Source of the DNA: Antedon mediterranea | Lineage: Eukaryota; Animalia; Echinodermata | DNA: 64,000 bases | Reading direction: 5' to 3' | NCBI RefSeq assembly: GCF_964355755.1 | Contig: NC_092676.1 | Coordinates: 17,564,871-17,628,870 of the forward strand | Shown: positions 51,501-61,234 of the stretch, piece by piece | How the letters are laid out: each line of letters begins with the position of its first letter | Position numbering within the stretch: the stretch's first letter is position 1 | Notes under the pieces: model-generated | Databases searched by the model: none | The model's input: the letters and a program-made list of their open reading frames with translations, nothing else | Told to the model about the DNA's origin: nothing | Program-made: the position numbers and the translations under genes

Positions 51501-54500
51501 TTATGCTTATATTTTTAATCGGAAACCCATGAACTCTGTGTTGACTGCCTACTACAAATCATATTTTTAATTTATTTTAAATGTACTCTATCTTTGCTTT
51601 TACAAAACAAGTATTTAAACGTAACTTATATATTCACATTAAGTCCAAATTCGGTCCGGTGGCCGGAGAAAACACTGATTAGCATTTCCTAACCCTACAA
51701 AAGACGCCCTGATCGGTACACGTACATTTTTCACACGGGCTTTGTAACCACATGTCTCCACCCTGATAAATCATGTCTTCGACTTGACACGTCTTCCGGC
51801 GACATGTTGAGCAACATGACCCGTATTCAATGACTTGTTCGCTCATACTACATGGTAATGTATCTGGACATACTTGTCTGTGACACACAAATGTTGTATC
51901 TACGCATGTGCAGTGCGTACATTTATCAACGGTAATGACTTCTCCATCTTCGAATACATCACTTTTATAAATACATTTATTCCCCAACTCGAACACTTTT
52001 CTTTGAACTATACATAAAGGGCAACACTGCCCGGGCTGCGTATGTTGGTGTGTATCTGGACAGGATAATACCGGGCAGACCTGCCGCGTACATTTTACGT
52101 GTTTCCCCTCACATTTGCACTGAACGCACGGATTGTCGGACGCTGTAAATATCTCTCCGTCTTTATGCCGGGAACCATCATATACACAACCTTCACAGTA
52201 TGGACAACATTGTCCTTCAATGTAAATAGGATTATTACATAGAGTTAAACATTGTACACTCGATGTGGTCACCATGCTTTGCTGACATTGGAATTGTTGG
52301 CAAGAATCGGACGTTGGAAACCAAACATCACCACTTTTATAATGTTCTCCATTAAACGAGCAACTTTTACACTGGGTGCAGCACTGCGTGTTGGGATTGC
52401 TTACTACCAATACACATCCGTTTAAATCCGGACATCTATCTTGTCTACAAACTACTTTTGTATTCTTACATATACAAGTAATACATGGGTTCCCAGCGAG
52501 TATTGGTAACTTGATTACTTCTCCTTCCACTGTGCATTCTGCGACACTACCATCTAAGTATGCTTGAACTCCTGTTAAGGTATTGAATAAAATAACTGCG
52601 AAAAATAGTAAGTTAGTAAGGGCAATCCTTATGCAATCACTAAAAATTCGCATTATATCCAATGTCTACACGTTTTAGCCTAAAGTTTCACAAGTTCAAC
52701 ATAAAATATCCCAAATGAAATTATTTAAACTAGTAAGAAATATATCATTCTTTATCGATCAAGTAATTTGACGTTATTGTCCCAACAAGTTGATATTAGC
52801 TGGAAGTTGTTCCGTCAGCGTCGCGTATTATGCATACAGGTGTCGCAATCAATTAAAACCACGCTTCCACTTGAATCCAGCTATATAGATTAATAACATA
52901 AACCAATTCTAAAATAAGATCATTGTATCGACAATAGCTTTAGTCTTCTTATTGTTCTTGACACATTTTTATAAAGTCTTGTTGACACACGTACAGTCAG
53001 GTATATCCTTAACAGATTAAATCGGGAAACGTGATAAACTGGTATTTTATAATACTGACCAGATATGTACGGCTAATATTATACTAGTAGTCGGGTTTTA
53101 CGTCTGTTCTGTTTAATGTTCGATTTCAAAGAACCCGCTTCTCCCTTTTCAGCAGCACATATAACATCCTGGTCATGAGGTATGTGGGTTGTCCCATTAT
53201 CAGGAGGGGTGCTTACTATACATGGAAACTATGGAAGGAAGTGTGGGCCTTACTAAAATAAAATGTTGATTGGTTATTCTGAATTAGTTTATCTTGTTAA
53301 ATAAAGTTAAATATTTTGCTTTAGCATGATCCTCTAGATCACATGTTTTTATTGGTTCACTTTCTTAATCATGATCAGTGGAAGCATGATCAATTATTGT
53401 TAAACCTTCCCAATGTTTTTGTTGTCTTTTCTTCTTCCCCCAAAAAGTAAGGGCACAGCACTTAAGACCCAGTATATTTATTTATTTGTCATCACTGGTT
53501 ATCAGTGGCACACACTGTCGTTAGTGGTGCAACCAAAATAAAACAATAAATCAGATATTGCTTACAATGATGGTCAGAAATTGTCAAGTGGTGTTTATAC
53601 AATATATCCCTTCCCAAGTATAGTGGAGTGAAATTTAGTTTGTTTTTAAGCAATACTTTATCTGTCTTGTTGAAGTAGGCTTAATTATTTATTCTTTAGT
53701 CTTAATAATAAAGCTCTGTTAGCTCTCAGGTGTGCGTATCCACCGTAGAAAACATTAAGTTTTTCGACTGGTCACTAACGAGCTCCAAAGAGTTAGATCT
53801 CAAAACAGATCAGTCGGATACGCCCAATGTTGAAAGTGCACCGCCAGGGTTGCAAAATCATAGTACAGGTACCATTACGTAATTGTTTAGCAGGTACTTC
53901 CTGTTAAAAGGCGGAGCTCGCGGTACAGCGTGTTGGAGTGATTGAATAGAATATTAATTTGTTGAACAAAAGGTCTTTGAGCTAGATGTTAAACCTCGAC
54001 ACACCCATTCATCCATTAAACAAAAGATTCCAATTCTATTATTTGACGAACAATAATTATGCTTTTTGTAAAACAATTTTACAGTACAGAAATACAAATT
54101 TGGAGCCTTAAAAAAAAGACATTTAGAATATAAACGTAGGCCTACATATAATAATAATAATAATATGATTGTATATCTGTCTTTATCGAAACACGTACGC
54201 GTTTATAATAAAAGCTATATCAAGTTCAGTACGTATTCAGAATGAAAACCAAGAAGAAGTTAAGCCTGTATACAGACACAATGGAACGCACAACAGATCT
54301 GTGGAGTAGTGTGTGAGTCGTCTTGAACTAAATATTTCTCCGTCGTCTGTTAGAAGGACAAGGACAAAATAAGTGGAAACAAAGTGAAACAAAATTCTGC
54401 ACACAATTGTTGGTGACAACAGTTTTAGGACGTTGTATGGATTGGCAAAACCTGCTTTTCTGAAGTTTAACCATAAATAAAAATAATAAATAGAAATAGG

Positions 54501-55931
54501 CATTGAAGTTTTTTTTTCGGTCTTGATCAATCTAAACGAATATTGTCAGAACACAATTTGAAAGCATTATTAACATACAGAAGATCAGTTCCGGAGTTTC
54601 TAAGTAAAAACTCTTCAGTTCGCCGGAGAACAAAATTACTAAGTGCTTTAACGGTTGACTGAATGTTACCGAATTAATTTCTTCCGCGAAAAACTATGTG
54701 GGAATGGTAGAGCATACAGCTCACTATCAGTTGGTCAATAAACACTAACTTGAGCACGCGACTGCAGCCATGTATATGGCCTTGTTAGATTCAAGATAAC
54801 TTTATTGTCAAAACAGTATAATAATTTGAAATTTGCTTTTCCCAAGGCAACAATTTACACTATATAAAAGACATTTACAAATACTTCTAAACACTTTCTA
54901 AAATGTATTATTATATGTACAGTTGATGGCGAGGCCTTTGAAACTACACATTATTCCTGGAGAAGGTTTTCCTACAACCAGAAAGGTATGGTTTAATTAT
55001 GTTATAATTTTGAAGGGGAAAAAGTCTAACAAACGGGTGGGACGAAAGTATGAAACCGTTTTGCTGTGTTGGAAGCGTTTTACTAAATGTTAAACAATTA
55101 ACCTTCGTTCTTTAAGGCTTCCGATAGACCTTCGACGGGTGTTCTTCAGATTGAGGAGATGCCTCACCTTGCCTCATTTGTTTATGAATATTATCAACGC
55201 AGAGTTAAACAAATGCAGTCATATCAGGTTAGTATTTTGTTGACCTTTGGGAAACTAAAACAATACAGTACTTGTATTGTAGGCCTACTTCAAGCTTGCA
55301 GGACGCAACCCAAGTCAGTTGACCAATCACAATGCGATGGATCATCCGAACTTTCGCTTGTGATTGGTCAACTTAGTTGTGTTGCGCTTAGGATAAATTT
55401 ATGCTAATGTCCTTGCGTTGAGACCAAGTAATGTACCATATTAATGTTCAAAAGTTAATTACAAAAGTAGGAATTCGGATAAAGATTGGAGCATGTTGCT
55501 CTATCAGTCGATACACTACCATTGACAATTCTAACTTCAGCTGGTCAAAATAAATATGAGGTCTTATTTTGCACACAATATTTCACAGGGTAATTCCTTT
55601 TATATATCTATTATATCGTTGTAGAAGTGTAATGCAAAAATGTCATGTTTGATTATTTTACTTGATGTTTGATTGATAATAGAAACACAAAGGCTTGTCA
55701 GCCCCACCAAAAGATCAGGCAAAACCACTCCAGAAATCGACAGAAGACGACAATACCACAAAAAGTGAAGATGTCAAAATGGAAATAGCTGTAGAAACTA
55801 GTGTAGAAGAAAAATCAATTGAAAAAGTGGAAGAAGTAGAAACCCCAAAGGAATCGGAAAAACAAACCATGCCAGAGCATCCTGGAGCTGATAGTAGTGA
55901 TGAAGAAGAAGAAGAAGAAAAAGAAAAGTAA
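27513..55931 (+). CDS. AQR: RNA helicase Aquarius (intron-binding protein 160), about 1452 aa, 36 coding exons
   Basis: Exons: 27513-27641, 28076-28116, 28615-28696, 29318-29392, 29721-29861, 30311-30379, 30783-30883, 32004-32080, 32357-32421, 32590-32703, 33508-33725, 35193-35295, 35684-35804, 36795-36887, 37044-37144, 37648-37674, 37968-38067, 39070-39237, 40078-40244, 40456-40565, 41040-41162, 41918-42061, 42790-42859, 43617-43837, 44163-44298, 44441-44599, 45211-45252, 45584-45793, 46072-46259, 46726-46897, 47324-47494, 49779-49864, 50313-50424, 54923-54985, 55117-55227, 55683-55931 (4359 nt, phases consistent). Motifs [67 protein letters not shown]. Confidence 0.97.
28745..28860 (+). mobile_element. 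CR1/L2-type LINE 3' remnant (similar remnants at about 31560-31720 +, 43100-43440 + and 5430-5590 -)
   Basis: [14 protein letters not shown] motif; the others read [16 protein letters not shown] and KIWNNLPTEIK. Confidence 0.55.
30015..30250 (+). mobile_element. RTE-like LINE 3' remnant
   Basis: [26 protein letters not shown] peptide fragments. Confidence 0.55.
30922..31485. mobile_element. PIF/Harbinger-type MITE
   Basis: TIR TACCCCTTTCACACCAAAA / TTTTGGTGTGAAAGGGGTA with TAA on both flanks; internal reiterated CTCCGGAG and TTGGTGTGAAAGG motifs. Confidence 0.85.
33272..33422. mobile_element. Small TIR element containing about 4 x 21-bp tandem units (gcatatcactaccatatttgg)
   Basis: gtctacactatcaa..ttgatagtgtagac termini; a single-unit relative lies at about 21875-21968. 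Confidence 0.65.
33717..34958 (+). repeat. Minisatellite, about 56 x 22 bp (aatgataag|gtatgtactattt), amplifying the 5' splice site of AQR coding exon 11
   Basis: The first unit straddles the exon/intron junction at 33725/33726. Variants are gtttgt, gacaag and +1 T units. Confidence 0.97.
35960..36608 (+). mobile_element. HINE/pearl-type element with an internal insertion
   Basis: 5' tttacctccgccaaggagg, (TGTT)n, 3' gcggaggtatgcactctcggagtggctttctagt (subterminal IR, hairpin, CTAG). Confidence 0.65.
37354..37450. mobile_element. Tc1/mariner-pogo-like MITE remnant (relatives at about 7140-7232 and 42395-42510)
   Basis: TACAGT..ACTGT termini and shared acaccttcgg / gtcccctgaataggt motifs. Confidence 0.5.
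39312..39623. repeat. Minisatellite, about 7 x 45 bp, intronic
   Basis: Unit atactagatcacatatggtggctattgactgtatacagttagtgc. It explains the periodic ORFs 39265-39636 and 39329-39646. Confidence 0.95.
39793..39898. repeat. 106-bp spacerless palindrome
   Basis: Arms of 53 bp centred on gattataatc (39841-39850), with two mismatched pairs. Confidence 0.9.
41192..41314. mobile_element. Short PIF/Harbinger-type MITE
   Basis: AGGGCCTTTCACACC / GGTGTGAAATGCCCT with TAA on both flanks. Confidence 0.75.
46491..46652 (+). pseudogene. Duplicated partial pseudo-exon of AQR exon 28 inside intron 29
   Basis: Copy of 45565-45731 with a retained AG acceptor, a 5-nt deletion (ctacg) and several substitutions. 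Confidence 0.9.
47060..47255 (-). mobile_element. tRNA-derived SINE (degraded relatives at about 10880-11035 and 29430-29515)
   Basis: The reverse strand begins gtggcgcagtggttagagcattggatttgcaatcaagaggtt (A-box/tRNA-like head) and runs into a non-tRNA body. Confidence 0.6.
47755..47870. repeat. Degenerate (ggtagttgtcc)n short-period repeat
   Basis: About 7 imperfect units visible. Confidence 0.6.
47973..48295. repeat. Local direct duplication of about 125 bp (47973-48105 and 48176-48295)
   Basis: Shared ttaactcaaagcg..ggccaatt..ttgaatctatctagtgatatctaaattcacttgattt. Confidence 0.8.
48303..49743 (-). mobile_element. Non-autonomous Helitron, 1441 bp
   Basis: On the minus strand: A|TCTATATATA 5' end and CTAG|T 3' end with a terminal hairpin (ctagatggta..taccatctag); no TSD. 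A partial second copy is at 9978-10674. Confidence 0.8.
51679..52653 (-). CDS. Secreted BMPER/crossveinless-2-like protein, VWC domains only, 324 aa, intronless, nested in AQR intron 33
   Basis: ATG at 52653 and signal peptide (..[16 protein letters not shown]). [31 protein letters not shown] and QRKVFE match recalled BMPER features. Four complete VWC repeats plus a fifth cut before CCxxC; no GDPH, VWD or TIL. Confidence 0.88.
   Translation of the reverse strand: MRIFSDCIRIALTNLLFFAVILFNTLTGVQAYLDGSVAECTVEGEVIKLPILAGNPCITCICKNTKVVCRQDRCPDLNGCVLVVSNPNTQCCTQCKSCSFNGEHYKSGDVWFPTSDSCQQFQCQQSMVTTSSVQCLTLCNNPIYIEGQCCPYCEGCVYDGSRHKDGEIFTASDNPCVQCKCEGKHVKCTRQVCPVLSCPDTHQHTQPGQCCPLCIVQRKVFELGNKCIYKSDVFEDGEVITVDKCTHCTCVDTTFVCHRQVCPDTLPCSMSEQVIEYGSCCSTCRRKTCQVEDMIYQGGDMWLQSPCEKCTCTDQGVFCRVRKC
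55275..55425. mobile_element. Palindromic MITE-like repeat family (other copies at about 57725-57835 and partial at about 35010-35070)
   Basis: Inverted core ttgaccaatcacaa..ttgtgattggtcaa seen at two loci. Confidence 0.6.
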
Positions 55932-57896
55932 CTTGGTCATTTGGAAAGAAAATGAAAGTATGTATGAAAGCGACTGCTGTTTCTGGAGTCTCGGAGTTGT
56001 TATAAAGAAATCTTGTATTTCTGTGAAATCAATTCCAGAACAAATGCGTGAGTTATTTCACATTATAACAATAAAAATGCTAGAATAAACAACAAAGCTA
56101 AAACAATTTAATACATTGTATGATGCCGATCAAAGGTCTTATGCACAAAAACCGTTTGAGAATGTGAAAACGTAGGTTGCGGTCACTGAAAAAATGGCTT
56201 CGCTATGGATTCATAAGGGAGGAACGAGGTATAGACAAAATGTCATTCTATTAGACCTACTTTAAATGTGAAAAACTAATGCTGGTTATTTATTTAGCTG
56301 GTGTCGTTTACAAAGCGTTTGTATCCGTTTTATAAATCATCATACTAAGCGTCAGGACAAACAAACAGTCCTTACTTTTTTTTATGGAAGTTCCAGCTTT
56401 TTAAAATTACTTGCAACACTGTTAACCGGTAATATACTCTAGTGTATGGTTTCTCTTGTAACGCAAATGGAAGGATTTATTTTTCTTAATTCAAACTGTA
56501 GGCCTACAATCATTTTTTTTCCTCAATATTTTTTGGTTTATATCAAATAAATACTACAGTATTTTGTTGAAAAGTGTATCAAAAATTCCTGACTTGCGGT
56601 TTTATGTTAATAAAGTTTTTAACAAATTCAGATATCCATAAAAATGTCTATATATTAAACTACTTCAATCAAATATTATAACACAATACTGGCCATGAGA
56701 TGATGTCACGTAATGCTTTACATTGCATCAGATAAGACAGAAGCCCTTTTACCGCCTCATATTGCAACATAATTATTAGACTGCCATTTGTTAGGTAAAT
56801 TCGTTGTCGTCTGCCGCAAAACAAACTGCATTATCCTAAGTGCAATCTTGCCAAAAAATAGACCTATAATTATATATGGTATATTTAGGACAACTGTGCA
56901 TCATTATGCAATATTCATAAAACAAACGGTTCGGATTAAATATTTTTAATTATAATAACGTTACGGGTAGGCTTATTATGAGGCCTCGGTAATTTCCTTT
57001 ATACACATTTGTTTATTATAATTTCAAATGAACGTTTTACATATTTATTATAGTATAAATGACATATTATATGTTGTCTGAAGGATTTGCCCGACAGCCT
57101 TCATACCAGTAACACTCTGCCCATAGTTGTGTTAAAGGTCATATATTGACAGTAAATTAATTGCGTAGTGCGATGCTCAGATCTTGAGTAAAGTACTAGG
57201 CTTAGTTTTAGACATTTTGGCATTGCCTTTCCCATGTTACCAAAAATAAATGTTACTGCCGATATCATTAATAATCAGTGCAGTATTTTAAAAATCAATA
57301 TCTTGCGTCCCCCAAAAAAAGTTCGATGCATTTAAATAACTAAATCAGTTTTATTATTCGAAAGTTTTTATCAGTTACATGGATTGATAGAGTAGGCCTA
57401 CCGCTGTATGTGCATATACCTAGTTTGTATTTTACCATTTACTGTTAACTTTGACACAATTAAAAGCGGTACGGTATATAAAAAAATGTGTCCATTGCAC
57501 GGAATGTCATTCATTCAGTTATAACTGATAAATGGTGTATAGCTGTACTTTTCCTTAGTACGTTCATAGGTGAGCAAAATAATCTTGGTACAGTATTTAA
57601 TAATTTTCATTAATTATTAACTACGTTTGGTGGGATTTTGTTGACTGTATCCTTTAAAATATTGATTCATAAAAAAAGTTTTGGCAGGTTTGTTTCTAGT
57701 CAACCGTCGATTTATGGTGTTTGTACGCAAGAAGGAAGTCAGCACAACCCAAGCAATTTGACCAATCACAAGCGACAGTTCGGATAATTCATCGCTTGTG
57801 ATTGGTCAAATTACGTCCTTTGTCTTTGTGAGAACGAAGCCTTATCGTATACAAATGATTGTTGATGACAACGTTTCCTGATGTTTGGTCATCAAT

Positions 57897-58951
57897 TTAC
57901 GGATCCTGTAACGGAGTATCCTCTTCGTCATCAGTCGCTTTGCCTACTGCCCACATGACAAGTCTAAACGGCGCCTTTAGAATGTAGAAAGTTAAGTCCA
58001 ATATTCCTTGGATACAAGGAGCCAGACAGGGACAAAGGCATTTCACTGTAAAACAACCAAGATAGGTTATGTTATCTTTAAAAGTAAGCATTATCGTTAT
58101 GACTTAGTCGTCTCAGGGAGTTGTTGTTAATTAACAACTTCCTGGTCGTCTTATGAATGAAATAGAAAGTGAAACCGTAATTAAACATTAATTACGAAGA
58201 AACTAGATCTAATGATACTAACGATAGGCCTAGACTTGTTTATCTAAAAAATCTCCACGATATAAAAAAAATCGTCGATTTCTGAACAGTGGTAAATTGA
58301 TTTTAAAATCCACTATGACATAATAATATGCCCTACAAATGGTTATGTAATTATTTATTTTGCGACTAAATCAATTATTCTACCCCAATTTCAGAAATTC
58401 CCGATTGTCATGTCAAAATTATTTACTGCAGTTTTTGCAGTAACAACATTTTGTTTACTCTTTAAATCTGTGTAATATGCAATTATTTATTCCACCAAGC
58501 ATATATGTTGTTTATTGCTGGTATACTATAACTAATATATTTCTACATTGAAACAAGCAATATCGTACGTATACGTAATGCAGTAGAATAATTGGCATGG
58601 TTCATATACCGATACTATGTTTGAATCGTTGGTGATATATGACGTCGTGTTCAATTGTATTTTATACATTTAATTGTAAGTGTGCCTTATGAATAGATTA
58701 GGTCATAATGTCGATTCGATCGATGATTATCAATAGTGCGTTGGAACCAAAGCAGTGAACTGACGAGAGAAGGCTAATCAATAGTGCGTTCGAACCAAAG
58801 TTGTGAACTTACGAGGGAATGCTATAATTGCACAAATAATAGCCAGTAATCCTAGAACTAGCAGAAACGGGATACATATGATCGCTGTAATGACGCGACA
58901 TGTTACTTGGCAACACTTCGCACAGCTACAGTCCTCACAGCAACAACACAT
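57897..58951 (-). CDS. Small Cys-rich membrane peptide, 95 aa, TAXIMIN-like
   Basis: Exons 58813-58951 and 57897-58045 (GTAAG donor, TTTTACAG acceptor, phase 1), with an in-frame TGA upstream of the ATG. MCCCCEDCSCAKCCQVTCRVITAIICIPFLLVLGLLAIICAIIAFPLKCLCPCLAPCIQGILDLTFYILKAPFRLVMWAVGKATDDEEDTPLQDP. Confidence 0.82.
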
Positions 58952-59669
58952 CTTGAGACAATCCTTCCAGTGTCCTGCGCATCAATCTATAATATAAAAA
59001 CAAATAACAGATTTACAAAAAAGGTTTTGAATGCCTTACACCAATTTGTATTAAGGATAACACTAAATAACATAGATTGTATAAAGTAATTTGTAATTTT
59101 CTATAACAAGTTTAATGTAAACGTTTGTCTACCCATTACATGGTAATAATAATAACCGCAAAGGTGATTTTTTTAATACACTTTCTTCACAGAAAAAATT
59201 CTATTTTTGAAAATGTGTTCCTCCTACCTACGATATATAAAGATAAAATATACATTTATTTTGTTGAATGCTTCAAATACCAAATTGTATTTTCGAAAAA
59301 AAATACTAATTGTTTAGTTGATTGCATTGTAGGCCTAATAATTAATACATGGAGCTAGACAATTAAATGTTATAGCTCCATGATTAATATAACCACAGGA
59401 GTAAATTTGAAGTTCTTTTAAAACACACTAAACTCATAGACAACCTTAATCTTTTGTTGCTAACTACGTCAAACTATAAGGACAAAATATTACATTAAAA
59501 TGCTTCAAATACGTATGTTTTTACAGTTTTTATTTACGAAGTAAAATTCTAATTGTGCGGTTAAATCCACTGACTTGTGCTATGGACACATTGCATTCAA
59601 ATCACCAGTGAACAGCTTGACCCGTGAACTGTTGGAGTTAAATAGGTAATTGAAAATAAAGTTCTTCTA

Positions 59670-59782
59670 AACAAGGCCAACAGCCATAAGTCGCGTGCTA
59701 AAACGCATAGTGATACCGGACCGACAGACAGACCGACCGACCGACATAGTGAACTATAGAGTCGCCTCCACGCGACTAAAAA
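59670..59782 (-). mobile_element. HINE-like element (same family as 10021-10368)
   Basis: aacaaggccaacagccataagtcgcgtgct..(GACC)n..agtcgcctccacgcgactaaaa. Confidence 0.75.
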
Positions 59783-61234
59783 GGTTACGGTATTGTATTG
59801 TAATAGATTACAGACATACTAGTGTAGGTTATAGTTAATAGTATTTCCGGGAACGGAAATTCTAGAACATTGCTCTACTCTCAGTATTCTAATCTTTAAA
59901 AAAATCTTTAACAACAATTCTTTATTTGGTGCCTTTTAAAAAACCAAAAGGAACAATTGACTAGATTCATGTTTTCTTAAGTTTGTACCGGTACTGTAAA
60001 TGAGCAAAACTATTTACCTTGTTTGGAAAATGTGAATAAACAAATGTTATTAACCACAAACATTATGTTACCTAGACAAGTTTACGATTATTGGTGGTAC
60101 ACCTTGAAAGGTAAACTCTTCGTATGCTCTTATTATCTAAGCTGATCCATCTCCTTCTTTTTGTTAATTGCCCCATGAGGGAGGGATGAATACAAATATA
60201 TACTGATACTCCCAAAACTCTTCGTACACCGTGTACAATTAGGCCTATTATTAACAAAAATGTAATGTAATAATAACTCACCATTTAATATCGTGACATC
60301 ATGATGACAGTAGTAACACAGATTACCGCACGCCCCACCTGTCGGTTCCCAGTTAACACTAAATCATGCTGGTTTGCCCTACGATTTATTGTCAATATTA
60401 ACATATCTATAATCTATATTAAATCATATACCCGTGCTTTATTCTACCCGTGTATAATTTCCAATGTTATTCATTCAATCTGTATCGCTTTGTAATTAAT
60501 GCGGATTATTGAAACAAAATTCTATTTAATCAATTGGTGGCGTTGATAGAATATTTAAATTCGTTAGTTTACAGTGTTGTAGTCCTAGAACGGTTTAAAA
60601 CAATTGGTAGCTTGGAAAGTTTTAAATATTATATTATAGCTTTTAGTATTGGTCCTTTCGTAAGATTTTCCAGGCCAACAACTTAGAAATTAATCTTAGG
60701 TTGGTATATTAATTTGCAATGTAAATTATTTATGTGTTGTCAAGTAAACTATATATCTTTTTATTTAATTATTATCTTTTGAGTAATATTGAGTGTTTTT
60801 TATGCTGGCCCACCCCTCCCCATTTCCAAATCCTATATCCACCACTGTCCATATACGATGCCATCAAGTAATAAGCAAAATGTTCTACATTGGTTTTGTA
60901 CAAAAAAGTGCACTTTTTTAATGTTATGATATATCACTATCGAAGTATTGATATACACCACCATTAAACAAAATGTATACAATTATTTATACAATGCAAA
61001 AATAACTTAAATAACTGTAAAATAAAATTTTAAAAAATTAACTAAAACCAAAACAAGCATGTATTTTTTATAATAGTATGAATTACTTTAAAATTGTCAT
61101 ACATATTGTAATATCCAATGCTTTGAGTAATATTATTATAAAATATCAGAAATATTTACATATTAGGCCTAGTAGTCACTTTTTTCTTACTTTAGGCCTA
61201 GAACTGTATTGTTTAAGCTTAAGCAAAATGTCAT

